Assembly: GCA_963806035.1 (NCBI GenBank) | Contig: CAWDWO010000026.1 | Coordinates: 32,001 to 96,000 of the forward strand | DNA length: 64,000 nucleotides | From: Candidatus Krumholzibacteriota bacterium | GTDB lineage: Bacteria > Krumholzibacteriota > Krumholzibacteriia > JAJRXK01 | Direction: 5' to 3' | Notes under the pieces: model-generated | The model's input: only the letters and a program-made list of their open reading frames with translations | Database searches by the model: none | Told to the model about the DNA's origin: nothing | Position numbers and translations under genes: made by a program | Shown: positions 45,838 to 56,047 of the stretch, piece by piece | Layout of the letters: every line of letters begins with the position of its first letter | Position numbering within the stretch: position 1 is the stretch's first letter

Positions 45838-46749
45838 ATGAATTGCCCGTTTCCGACCCTGGTCCGCTGCGAGGAGCTCGGACTATCGCCGGATTACAGC
45901 GGTAAAGTCCGCGAAATCTTCGAACTGGGCGACACCCTCCTGCTGGTCGCCACCGATCGCATCAGCGCCTTCGACGTCATCATGGACGATCCGGTTCCCG
46001 GCCGGGGCGCTCTCCTCACCCAGATGACCCTCGCATGGTATGACTACTTCGGGAACTCGCTGAAACACCATCTGATCCACGGAAATGCTGAGGATCTTCC
46101 TGAACCCTTCCGGCGCCACGCCGATCGCCTGCGCGGCCGCGTGATGCTGGTGCGGCGCGCCAAGCCCCCCGAGGTGGAGGCGGTGGTGCGCGGCTATCTG
46201 GCCGGCAGCGGCCTGCGCGACTATCAGGCGAGCGGCGCGGTCTGCGGCCACGAGCTTCCCGCGGGGATGGTGAACTCGCAGAAGTTCGTCAAGCCCCTCT
46301 TCACCCCGGCCACCAAGGCCAAGAGCGGTCACGACGAGAACATCGACGAAAGCCGCGCGCGGGAGATCCTGGGCGACAGGGGATTCGAAGAGGTGCGCGA
46401 GAAGAGCCTGTGGATCTACGAGCGGGCCAGTCGCATGGCGAAGGAGCGTGGGATCATCATCGCCGACACGAAATTCGAGTTCGGGCTGATGGATGGGGAG
46501 TGGATCCTGGTCGACGAACTCCTGACTCCCGACTCCTCGCGCTATTGGGATGCAGAGCGCTATGAGGCGGGGCGCGAGCAGGACAGCATGGACAAGCAGG
46601 TCCTGCGCAATCATCTGGCGACTCTGGACTGGAACAAGAGCTATCCACCGCCGAAGCTGGATCCCGCCATTTTGGAGCGCACCTACGAAGTCTATCTCGA
46701 GATCTTCCGCCGTCTCTTTCCCGAACGAGCCCGGGAGTGTGGAGCTTGA
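45838..46749 (+). CDS. purC: Phosphoribosylaminoimidazolesuccinocarboxamide synthase
   Basis: SGKVRE, TDRISAFD, VRGYLAGSG, IADTKFEFG, DELLTPDSSRYW. Confidence 0.97.
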   Translation: MNCPFPTLVRCEELGLSPDYSGKVREIFELGDTLLLVATDRISAFDVIMDDPVPGRGALLTQMTLAWYDYFGNSLKHHLIHGNAEDLPEPFRRHADRLRGRVMLVRRAKPPEVEAVVRGYLAGSGLRDYQASGAVCGHELPAGMVNSQKFVKPLFTPATKAKSGHDENIDESRAREILGDRGFEEVREKSLWIYERASRMAKERGIIIADTKFEFGLMDGEWILVDELLTPDSSRYWDAERYEAGREQDSMDKQVLRNHLATLDWNKSYPPPKLDPAILERTYEVYLEIFRRLFPERARECGA

Positions 46750-48254
46750 AGAACCAGAGAAAAGCGCTGTTGAGCGTCACCGACAAACGGGGCCTGCCCG
46801 GCTTGGGAAAGGCCCTCGTCGAGAACGGCTACGAGTTGCTCGCCTCGGGCGGCACGGCCAAGTGTTTGCGCGACGCGAATCTCGCGGTCACCGAAGTGGC
46901 GAAGTACACCGGACAGGCCGAGATCCTCGCGGGCCGGGTGAAGACCCTGCATCCCGCGATCGCGGCCGGGATCCTGGCCCCGGGAGAGAGTGATCTTCAG
47001 GGGACCGGATTTCAGACCATCGATCTGGTGGTGGTCAATCTCTACGATTTTCAGGGCGAATTGAAGCGGGGCGGAAACGAGGAAGCTCTGGTGGAGTCGA
47101 TCGACATCGGTGGGCCCACGCTCTTGCGCGCCGGCGCGAAAAACTTCGCGCGAGTGACGGTTCTCAGTGATCCGGATTCGTATCCCGCGTTCATCGAAGA
47201 GATGGAGCGCCACGAGGGCGGAAGTTGTCTCAAGTTCCGCCGCAAGATGGCCCAAAGAGTGTTTCGGCATACCGCGCGTTACGACGCGTTGATCGCGGAC
47301 AATCTCTTCGGCGGAAGCAGCGAGGCGAGGGACGAACACGAACTGCGCTACGGGGAGAATCCGCACCAGAAAGCGAGCTGGAGAGTTCGCGGGGGCGGAG
47401 ATCTCGGCGAACTCGGGATCACTCTCCACGGCGGCAAGGAACTCAGCTACAACAACCTGGTGGACCTGGTGGCGGCGCTGAAGCTCGCGCTGGATTTGCC
47501 GCGCAACGCGTGCGCGATCCTCAAGCACACCAATCCCTGCGGCGTCGGCCTGGGGGATACCCCCCTGCGCGCCTTCGAGAGGGCGCTGGCCGGAGATCCG
47601 GTCTCGGCCTTCGGCGGGATCGTGGTCTTCGGCAGCGAGCTGGATGGCCCCGCCGCCGAACGCCTGAAGGAGATGTTCCTGGAGGTGGTGGCCGCGCCCT
47701 CTTTTGATACCAGCGCGCGGGAGCTTCTGGCCAAGAAAAAGAAGCTGCGCGTTCTCAGCGTGGATCTGGCCCGCTTCGCGGCGAGCACCAAGGAAGCGGA
47801 GCGTCGTTGGGGTCGGCTCGTGTTGCGGCAGGAGGAGGACGAGAACTTTCCCGAGCTGGAACGCTGGCAGCAGGTCGCGGGACCGGCTCCCGGCGAGGAC
47901 ACCCTCGCCGCGGCGCGACTGGCCTGGGTGGTGGCGAAGCACGTCAAGAGCAACGCGATCGTTCTCGCCGACGCCAGCGGAACTCTCGGGATCGGAGCGG
48001 GACAGATGAGCCGCGTGGATTCCTGCCGTCTCGCGATCGAGAAGGCGCACGACGCCAAGATGGAACTGGCCGGATGCGCGGCGGCCAGCGACGGCTTCTT
48101 TCCCTTCCCGGACGGACCCACCGTACTGGCGGAGGCGGGCGCTGCCACCATCATCCAACCCGGCGGATCCATTCGCGACGAGGAGGTCGTGCAAGCAGCG
48201 CAAGAGCTGGGCGTGCGCCTGTTCCACACCGCGGTAAGACACTTCCGTCACTGA
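46746..48254 (+). CDS. purH: Bifunctional AICAR transformylase/IMP cyclohydrolase
   Basis: ALLSVTDK, GRVKTLHP, IDIGGP, LRYGENPHQ, KHTNPCG, GAGQMSRVDS, SDGFFPF, RHFRH. Confidence 0.97.
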   Translation: MKNQRKALLSVTDKRGLPGLGKALVENGYELLASGGTAKCLRDANLAVTEVAKYTGQAEILAGRVKTLHPAIAAGILAPGESDLQGTGFQTIDLVVVNLYDFQGELKRGGNEEALVESIDIGGPTLLRAGAKNFARVTVLSDPDSYPAFIEEMERHEGGSCLKFRRKMAQRVFRHTARYDALIADNLFGGSSEARDEHELRYGENPHQKASWRVRGGGDLGELGITLHGGKELSYNNLVDLVAALKLALDLPRNACAILKHTNPCGVGLGDTPLRAFERALAGDPVSAFGGIVVFGSELDGPAAERLKEMFLEVVAAPSFDTSARELLAKKKKLRVLSVDLARFAASTKEAERRWGRLVLRQEEDENFPELERWQQVAGPAPGEDTLAAARLAWVVAKHVKSNAIVLADASGTLGIGAGQMSRVDSCRLAIEKAHDAKMELAGCAAASDGFFPFPDGPTVLAEAGAATIIQPGGSIRDEEVVQAAQELGVRLFHTAVRHFRH

Positions 48255-48267
48255 GAAAGGACGAGGA

Positions 48268-49808
48268 ATGAGCCACCGGCCCACCATCGTGGTCGTGGAC
48301 TTCGGTTCCCAGTACAGCCAGCTCATCACACGCCGCCTGCGCGAGCTGGGCGCGTTCAGTGAACTCATCACTCCCGCCATGAGCGAGAGCTTGAGGGGGC
48401 GCGAGGACCTGGCCGGCATCATCCTGTCCGGAGGACCTTCGAGCGTCAGCGAGGCGGAAGCCCCGGGCAGCGGGGGGACGCTGGTGGGCTTGGGCAAGCC
48501 CGTGCTGGGGATCTGCTACGGGATGCAACTCATGGCGCAGGAGTTGGGGGGGAAGGTCGAGCGCGCCAAGGGCCGGGAGTACGGCGACGCCCGCCTGGAG
48601 ATCGCGGTGCAAAGTCGCCTCTTCCATTCCACGCCGGCTCTGCAAAACGTCTGGATGAGCCACGGCGATCAGGTGACGAAAGTCCCGGAGGGATTCAAGG
48701 TCACCGCGCAATCGGAGGACGGCGTCATCGCCGCCATGGCCGACGAGCTGCGCGGCTTCTACGCGCTGCAGTTCCATCCCGAGGTGAGTCACACTCAGTA
48801 CGGGATGCACATCCTCGAGAACTTCGTGCGCACCATCTGCAAGGTCGAGGAGGGATGGGATCGCGGTTCGTTCATCGAGGAAGAGATCGCTTCGATTCGC
48901 AAGAAAGTTGGCGAGGATCGCGTGCTCTGCGCGGTGAGCGGGGGAGTGGATTCCACCGTGATGGCGGTTCTCGTCGATCGCGCGGTGGGCCCGCAGTTGA
49001 CCGCGGTCTTCGTGGACAACGGATTGCTTCGCCAGGGCGAGGCGCCGCGCGTGGCCAAGCGTCTGGGCGCGCTTCTGCACCACCGGCTTCAAGTCGTCGA
49101 CGCGCGCGAGACATTTCTGAAGCGCTTGAAGGGGGTGACCGATCCCGAGGAGAAGCGGCGGATCATCGGCCACACTTTCATCGATGTCTTCGAGGAGGCG
49201 GCGAAAGCTCACGGCCCCTTCAAATTTCTCGCGCAGGGAACCCTCTATCCGGATCGCATCGAGAGCCTCTCGGTGAAGGGGCCGAGTCACGTGATCAAGA
49301 CCCACCACAACGTGGGTGGGCTCCCCGAGCGGCTGGGCTTTGAACTCATCGAACCTCTGGCCGAACTCTTCAAGGACGAAGTGCGGGCCATCGGCGCGCA
49401 GCTGAACATCTCCTCCGAGCTGCTAACGCGGCATCCCTTTCCCGGCCCGGGCCTGGCCGTACGATGTCTGGGTGAAGTCGACGAAGAGCGTCTCTCACTG
49501 CTCAGGCAGGCCGACGCGATCTTCATCGAGGAGCTGCGGCGCAGCGGACTCTACGACCGGATCTGGCAGGCGGGCGCGGTGCTGTTGCCCTTGAAGAGCG
49601 TGGGGGTCATGGGGGACGCACGCAGCTACGAGAGCGTGGTGGCCCTGCGGGCAGTGACCAGCGGGATGCCATGACCGCGGATTGGGCGCGGATTCCCGAC
49701 GAAGTTCTCGCGCGGGTGAGCAGCCGCATCGTGCGCGAGGTTCCCGGAGTGAATCGCGTGGTCTACGACATCTCGTCCAAACCCCCCTCGACCATCGAGT
49801 GGGAGTGA
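48268..49808 (+). CDS. guaA: GMP synthase (glutamine-hydrolysing); single-base frameshift near 49663
   Basis: [33 protein letters not shown]. The C-terminus [11 protein letters not shown]...[14 protein letters not shown] continues in another frame to TGA 49806-08. Confidence 0.95.
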
Positions 49809-49872
49809 GTTTGGTCCCGCTTGCGCGCCTTCCGTATATTCTGTGAAGCTCACCTTGTCCCTCCGAGGATTC

Positions 49873-52695
49873 ATGAGATCGAGCCTTCGCGAATGGCTTC
49901 TTTTTTCGCTTCTGCTTCTTCTGGCCGTTCCTTCGCGCGCCAGCGTGTTCGGACCCGGGCACGCGGTGTGGAAGAACCCGCAGATCGAGCGAGCGGAGTT
50001 TGCGCGCGCACTCCTGGAGTTGCGAAATCGTCAGCTGAAGGAAGCTTCCCACCTGCGCCTCGAGCAGTCCGCGGTTAACGGACGGAAGACCGCGCTGTCC
50101 GGTGAGCGGCGCTTCTTGGTGATCCCCGTACTTTACGCGGACGGTCCACAGGAGGGACCGGTCTCGCAGGAAGAACTCAGCGCGCGATTTTTCGATGAGA
50201 GTCGCGAATCTTCCTTCGTGAGCTATTGGAAAGAAGTGAGCGGCGGACGCCTCGTAGCTCGCGGACGCGTGCTGCCCTGGCTGCGCATGCCGCAAGTTCG
50301 TTCGTACTACCAGAACGTCTTTCAGGGGCGACCGCGACTCGTCGCCAGCCGTCGACTGGCCGAGGACGCCATCTGCGCGGCGGCGCCGATTCTGGGGCCG
50401 TGGTGGGACTTCGACGACGACGGACCCGACGGCATACCGGGCAGCGGAGACGACGACGGGCTGCTCGACTTCGTCATCATCCTGCACCCGGATCCTGGCA
50501 TCGAAATTCAGGTGGAGGAGGAGGGGATGATGGCGCTGCAGGATCGGGTGGACACTCAGTACGTGCTCTCCACCTGCCAGGTGGGAGCAGATCCCTTCGC
50601 CCTCGCCTCCGCCCTGGATCCTCTGGGAGTGATCGTACACGAGGCCGGCCATCTCTTCGGACTGGTCGATCTCTACGACCTGAACGTTCCGGCCGATCAA
50701 AGCGGAGACGGATACGCCACCGGTGGTCTGGGTCGATTCTCCTTGATGGCGACCGGGACCTGGGCCGGCGGGGGCCAGAGTCCCACCGGACTCGACGCCT
50801 ATTCGCGTTCGCTTTTGGGTTGGGGCGAGGCGCAGCAGGTGGGCTTTACCCTGCAGGCGCTGCTCGATCCTGGGAGCGCGCCGGGAGACTACCTGGTGCT
50901 CTCTCCTGAAGGTGATTGGAAGCGCGAGCGCTTTCTGGTGGAGGCGCGCGCGGCCGGGATCTCTCCGCGGGATGAGGCGCTGCCCGGGCAGGGCATTCTG
51001 ATCTACCGGGTGGACGAGGCCGCCCGCGGCTGCAGCGGCACGGATTTCCCGCTGGTCGAATTGCTCGAGGCCGACGGGCGGCAGGACCTCATCCAAGGTC
51101 TTAATCAAGGCGAGGCAAGCGACTTCTATGGCGATGCTTCCGGAAACTACGAGCTGGGTCCCAGCAGCACTCCCTCCAGCCAGTCGCGCACTCCCTCGCC
51201 GGCGAAACCGGCGCCCCGAATTCGCATCCAGGACGCCGGGGCGCAGCGCTGGACACTGCAGCTGGAGAAGAGCGCCGCGGCCGGGCTCTCCCTGAAGGAG
51301 GCGCGTTTCGCAGACGGCCCGGTGCAGCTCGCGCCGGGCAGCGCGAAGGCGTGGCAGCTTCTTTTTCTTCCCACGAGTCTCAGCCCGATTCTTTCGGCGC
51401 GCATGCGCGTGCTCTCTGTCGACGCGCCCCTCAGCGCCTCCACCATGGACTGGATCTCTCTCGAGCCGGGACAAAAGGGCTATGCACCCACCCAGGACAT
51501 CATCCTGCAGGTCCCGGCGCAGCCCGGGGTGCTGGACGCGCAGCTTCGACTGGAAGTGGAGGTCAACGGCCAGAGCCGCCAGATCGAGGGCGGGATCCCG
51601 CTGCAGGCGAGCACGGGGCTTAGGGCGGAGGACTTCGCGCGCTGGACCGCGGAGGTCGTTTCCGAGGGCATTCCCGCCACTATCTTCGATGCATTGAGTG
51701 AGAGTGAAACTCCCACGGCCGGTTTGAGCGGCTTTCGCCTGCACACCGCGCAGGACTACGCCTACGGCAACTGTTGCGAGCTGCAGCTGCTCTCGCCCTG
51801 GATCGCGAGCTCCGCGGCGCCGGATACCCTCCTGCGCTTCTGGTCGCGGATTCACAGCGAGGCTTCCTTGCCCCCCGAGGCGTGGGACGGCGGGGTGGTC
51901 GAATGCCGGAGCCTGGGCGGTCAGTGGACTCCTCTCGCCTTGTCCGGTCCCTCCACGGGCTTGATCGTGCCCATGAGCCGCGCCGCCACCAGCGGGATCG
52001 AGGGAGTGGGCGGCGAGAGCGCGAGCTGGGTCCAGCTGAAAGCGGAGTTGCCGGCGCGCGATCTTCCTCTGCAATTGCGTTTCCGCTTCGGCAGCGATGC
52101 GGACGGCTTGATCCGTGACCCCGCGGGTGGGTGGAGCCTGGCCGGGGCGTCCGTGGGTGAAGCGGGCTGGCAGGCGCGCCTGGATCTGCTGTCGGCCGGA
52201 GCGCAGGCCCAGGCGCGCTTGAGCGTGCTTCCCCCGCCGGACAGCTTGCGCGCCTCCCTGTGGGGGCGGGTGCTTCCCGAAGAAGGCTGGCAGCTTCTCG
52301 CTCCCGCCCAGCTCCTGGATGCAAACGGGGAGACTCTCTTCCACTTCAGCATGCCGCAGGGAGCGGTGGTGCAGTTGGGGGCATTCGTGGGAGAGAGCAC
52401 GGCCACCCGCCTGGCCGTCACGGGACGACGAAGCGGGGGACAGGCCTTCAGCGTGCGGCCCAATCCCGCCTTTAGCTTCGTGAACTTCCTGGCGGAGGCC
52501 TCCGCCGAAGAGCGCACGCTCTTGATCTACGACCGGCGCGGACGCGAGCTCCGACGCCTGCCATTCCCCGCGAATCTGGGACTCGTGAGTTGGGATGGCA
52601 CTGACGATGCAGGTCATCGACTTGCTTCAGGATTGTACTTGGCGCGTCTGCTTCCCTCGCGTTACAAAGCAATCTCGGTGACCATCATTCACTGA
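49873..52695 (+). CDS. M6 family (immune inhibitor A-like) secreted metalloprotease with FlgD-Ig-like C-terminal domain
   Basis: Signal peptide; SYWKEVSGG, HEAGHLFGLVDLY, FSLMATG; C-terminal PNP...IYD..GR...WDGTD..G..LASGLY. Confidence 0.85.
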   Translation: MRSSLREWLLFSLLLLLAVPSRASVFGPGHAVWKNPQIERAEFARALLELRNRQLKEASHLRLEQSAVNGRKTALSGERRFLVIPVLYADGPQEGPVSQEELSARFFDESRESSFVSYWKEVSGGRLVARGRVLPWLRMPQVRSYYQNVFQGRPRLVASRRLAEDAICAAAPILGPWWDFDDDGPDGIPGSGDDDGLLDFVIILHPDPGIEIQVEEEGMMALQDRVDTQYVLSTCQVGADPFALASALDPLGVIVHEAGHLFGLVDLYDLNVPADQSGDGYATGGLGRFSLMATGTWAGGGQSPTGLDAYSRSLLGWGEAQQVGFTLQALLDPGSAPGDYLVLSPEGDWKRERFLVEARAAGISPRDEALPGQGILIYRVDEAARGCSGTDFPLVELLEADGRQDLIQGLNQGEASDFYGDASGNYELGPSSTPSSQSRTPSPAKPAPRIRIQDAGAQRWTLQLEKSAAAGLSLKEARFADGPVQLAPGSAKAWQLLFLPTSLSPILSARMRVLSVDAPLSASTMDWISLEPGQKGYAPTQDIILQVPAQPGVLDAQLRLEVEVNGQSRQIEGGIPLQASTGLRAEDFARWTAEVVSEGIPATIFDALSESETPTAGLSGFRLHTAQDYAYGNCCELQLLSPWIASSAAPDTLLRFWSRIHSEASLPPEAWDGGVVECRSLGGQWTPLALSGPSTGLIVPMSRAATSGIEGVGGESASWVQLKAELPARDLPLQLRFRFGSDADGLIRDPAGGWSLAGASVGEAGWQARLDLLSAGAQAQARLSVLPPPDSLRASLWGRVLPEEGWQLLAPAQLLDANGETLFHFSMPQGAVVQLGAFVGESTATRLAVTGRRSGGQAFSVRPNPAFSFVNFLAEASAEERTLLIYDRRGRELRRLPFPANLGLVSWDGTDDAGHRLASGLYLARLLPSRYKAISVTIIH

Positions 52696-52724
52696 AGCCC
52701 CTCTGCACGATCGAGGAAACCACG

Positions 52725-54977
52725 GTGCGACGACGCTCGTTTCTGCTTCTCTCCCTGCTTTTGGCGGTGGCCGCACGCCCGGCCGCCGCTATGGCGGAGG
52801 AGAACCCGGCCACAATGAGCGAAGGGGTGAGCGAAGCCGTGGTCCTGCACGACAGCGCGCGCGCCACGAGCGCTCGCGAACGCATGCTGCTCGCTTTGTC
52901 CTTTTCCGATCAGGCGAATTTGCGAGAGACTCTCAGCGCCAAGGAGATTCCCGCGCCGATCGCCGATTGGCATCGCGTGCGGCTGGCCCTGCAAGAGGGG
53001 AATGGGAAAGCGGCGACGAAAGCCCTGCGTCGTTTGCTCAAGCGCTCGCACGAGTTGCCCCCGGAACTGGCTCTTCTGAGCGGCGAACTCGATCGGTTTT
53101 GCCTGCAGTCCGCGCTCCAGCTCGATCAGCTCGGACTTGCCGAGTCCGTGTGGCTCCATCCGCGAGCCCCCCACGATGATGATCCAGTGTGGACCGCCCT
53201 CGGCGCGCGCCTCCTTTTGAACCGAGGAGATACCTCCAATGCTCTCCTCCGTTTCGAAGAAGCCTGGCGAGACGCTTCGACTCTGCAGCGCAGAGAGAGG
53301 AACTTCGCGTACCGCGCGCTCACCCAACTGCGCGCGGGTGATCCCTGCACTGCCATCAGGAGCTGGCTGGAGTACGCGAAGGGTCTGCGCAGCGGAGAGG
53401 AGAAACTGTGGGCTCTCAGCTTCTGGGACGCCCATCCACGACTGAAGGCAGCTGCGAAGCTGGCGGGAGTTCGCGACGAGGCCGCCGACTGGCTGGCTCG
53501 GAACGCGCGGCGTGAGGAGGCTTTCGCCCTGGCCTCAGGGAGTTTCGAAGAGGGAAGCGGAAGGGAGGCGCGCGAGTCCTATCTCATCGCCTGCGAGCAA
53601 CTCTATCGGCTGCGGCGGCACGAGGAACTCGCGACCCTGCTCGAAGAACCGCGGCCGCGCGGTCTCGACGAGGAGGCGAGGGCTTCCCTGGCCGCCTACC
53701 CCTTGGGGGTGGCGCGACGCAAGGGCGCCAGCGTGGAGATCGCGGCCGGATTCGACTCGGTGGCCGCGCGCTACGACGGCACCCGGCGCGCGGTGGAGGC
53801 GCTGTGGGAAGCGGCCTGGATGTGGGAGTTGTCGGGCGAGAGCGAGGCGGCGCAGCGGGATTTCCTGCGCTACGCGCGCGAACATGGCGATGCCCCTTTC
53901 GCGCAGGCGGCGGCGCTGCGCGCGATCTACTTGCCCTTTCAAGAAGGAGACTTCAAGAGCGCGGAAGCGCGCGAGCAGGAGCTTCACTCCAGCCTGGGAG
54001 GGGGCGAGGAGGCGGCGGCCGCTCTGTGGCTGGCGGAGCGCAGCGCACGCGCCCGCCAGGAGGAGGACAAGGCCGAGCGCTTCGCCCAGGAGCTCAGCCG
54101 GCGCTTTCCCGACAGTCCCTTTCTCGGCCTGCCCGAGAGCGCGCCCCCACTTCGAGAAGATTCCGAGCTGATTGACCTAGAGAATTTATTTCAAAAACAA
54201 TACCAGGCGTTTCAACTCCTGGCGCACGAGCTCGAGGTGCAGGATCTCTTCGCGCCGCGGGATCCCAGCTGGCAGAGGGCCGCGCTTCTTTTGCGCTATG
54301 GCTACTTCGAGCGCGGCGAGCGTGCCCTTCTGGAACTCGTGCAGCCGCTGCGGCGCGATCCCCGGGTCCAGCTACGGGCCTGCGCCCTGGCTTGGGCTGC
54401 CGGACGTGCCGAGCGTCAGGCGCGCAGCGCCTGGTGGCTGCAGGTGCTTCTGAAGGGACGCTCCGAGGCGCTGGATGCGGCCCTGGAGCAAATCTCCTTT
54501 CCCACCCCCTTCGCGGCCACGGTCGCCCAGGAAGCCTCAGCCCGCGGGCTCTCTCCGGCCGCTCTGTGGTCGCTCATGCGGCGCGAGAGCTTCTACGAGG
54601 CGCAGGTGGTCTCGCGGGCCGGCGCCTATGGTCTCCTGCAGCTTCTGCCGGAAACCGCGCAGCGCATGGCGGAAAAACTGGACGATCCGACTCTCGAGGA
54701 TCCCTTGAGACTTTTGGATCCTCGGATCAATTTGCGCTACGGGAGCGCCTACTTCGCCCAACTTCTTCAGGAGTGCGGGGGGGATCCCTTGCAAGCCCTC
54801 GCGGCCTACAACGCGGGGGAGGGCAACGGAAGGCGCTGGAAGGAGCGCGTGGGGGCCGAGGCACCCGCCACCGAAATGCTGCTCACGATTTCCTATTCGG
54901 AGACTCGCGCCTACGTCTACAACGTGCTCCGCTTCTGGAAAGTCTACGATCGAATCCTCCCTTTGAAGGCCGAGTAG
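52725..54977 (+). CDS. Slt-family lytic transglycosylase with helical/TPR-like N-terminal region
   Basis: MRRESFY, GAYGLLQL, ALAAYNAG, ETRAYV; signal peptide. Confidence 0.88.
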   Translation: MRRRSFLLLSLLLAVAARPAAAMAEENPATMSEGVSEAVVLHDSARATSARERMLLALSFSDQANLRETLSAKEIPAPIADWHRVRLALQEGNGKAATKALRRLLKRSHELPPELALLSGELDRFCLQSALQLDQLGLAESVWLHPRAPHDDDPVWTALGARLLLNRGDTSNALLRFEEAWRDASTLQRRERNFAYRALTQLRAGDPCTAIRSWLEYAKGLRSGEEKLWALSFWDAHPRLKAAAKLAGVRDEAADWLARNARREEAFALASGSFEEGSGREARESYLIACEQLYRLRRHEELATLLEEPRPRGLDEEARASLAAYPLGVARRKGASVEIAAGFDSVAARYDGTRRAVEALWEAAWMWELSGESEAAQRDFLRYAREHGDAPFAQAAALRAIYLPFQEGDFKSAEAREQELHSSLGGGEEAAAALWLAERSARARQEEDKAERFAQELSRRFPDSPFLGLPESAPPLREDSELIDLENLFQKQYQAFQLLAHELEVQDLFAPRDPSWQRAALLLRYGYFERGERALLELVQPLRRDPRVQLRACALAWAAGRAERQARSAWWLQVLLKGRSEALDAALEQISFPTPFAATVAQEASARGLSPAALWSLMRRESFYEAQVVSRAGAYGLLQLLPETAQRMAEKLDDPTLEDPLRLLDPRINLRYGSAYFAQLLQECGGDPLQALAAYNAGEGNGRRWKERVGAEAPATEMLLTISYSETRAYVYNVLRFWKVYDRILPLKAE

Positions 54978-55030
54978 GGAACGATACGCCCTCTTGCTCC
55001 CAATGAGACTACCGCTAGGGAAGCGATACC

Positions 55031-55047
55031 TTGGCAGGAGCCTTGCA
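55031..55047 (+). promoter_or_regulatory. sigma54 (-24/-12) promoter
   Basis: TTGGCAGGAGCCTTGCA with exact GG-N10-GC spacing, intergenic, about 77 nt upstream of ATG 55124. Confidence 0.65.
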
Positions 55048-55123
55048 AGCTTCATCAGGTCGTATGCGGGATTCGGCGATCGTGCCGGTCGGCGAATGAT
55101 GTTCTTGAGAACGTGAGGGCAGG

Positions 55124-56047
55124 ATGTTTCTGAAGAAACTCTTCAAGGTGATGCCCCAGGAACCGCTCACACGCGGCTTGGACCTGTACAACGACGGTCG
55201 TTTCGGAGAAGCGCTGGAGATTTTCGAATCACTGCTGCAGGACAAGGATCCGGCGGTGAAGGCCAAGGCCAAGCTGTACTCCTGCGAAGCGCATCTGCAA
55301 TTGGGCGACGCGGCTTCGTCTCGCGATCTGCAAGGCGCGGTCTACCACTACCACAAGGCGGCGGACTACGAGCCGCGCTTCGCCGACATCCACAACAAGG
55401 TGGGGGAGATGTCGCGCCATCTCGGTCGTCCCGAGGAGGCAGCCGAGGCGTTCCGGCGCGCGCTGGCGATCAACGAACGCTATTTTCTGGCCCGCGTGAA
55501 CCTGGTTCAGACTCTCCTCGAGCTGGGGCAGAGCACTCAATGCGGGGCCGAAATGCGCGTGCTGTCGGCCACCTGTCCCCCTCTGTTTCGCGACCTCTGC
55601 GAGAGCCTGGTGGAGGCGAGCCAGAGCAACGACCGCCAACGCATGATCGAAATCTTGGCGGAGATCCGTCACCTCGACCTGGATACAGTCAGTCTCGCAC
55701 GCGAGCGGGCGCTGGCCTTCTTGCGCAAGGGCGAGCCGGAAGCGGCGGCGGAGATCCTGGAGAAGCTCGTGGCCGAGCACTCCCGTTTTCCCGATCTGCG
55801 CCACATTCTGGGATTGGCTTACGGGGACATGGGGCTGCGCGAAGAGGCCATGGCCAGCTTCCGTCAGGCCCTCGAACTGAATCCCCACTACCTCAAGGCG
55901 CGCATCAATTTGGGATTCACCCTGATGGAGGCCGAGCGCTACGCCGAGGCCGAGAAAGAACTGAAAATCGCGCTGGAGACCGATCCCGACCATCCGCTGA
56001 TAAAGAGCGCGCTTCAGGAGATCGCGGAGATGGGTTCCCATGCCTGA
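55124..56047 (+). CDS. Tetratricopeptide repeat protein
   Basis: Repeated TPR helices such as EAAEAFRRALAINERY and AMASFRQALELNPHYLKARINLG. Confidence 0.88.
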   Translation: MFLKKLFKVMPQEPLTRGLDLYNDGRFGEALEIFESLLQDKDPAVKAKAKLYSCEAHLQLGDAASSRDLQGAVYHYHKAADYEPRFADIHNKVGEMSRHLGRPEEAAEAFRRALAINERYFLARVNLVQTLLELGQSTQCGAEMRVLSATCPPLFRDLCESLVEASQSNDRQRMIEILAEIRHLDLDTVSLARERALAFLRKGEPEAAAEILEKLVAEHSRFPDLRHILGLAYGDMGLREEAMASFRQALELNPHYLKARINLGFTLMEAERYAEAEKELKIALETDPDHPLIKSALQEIAEMGSHA

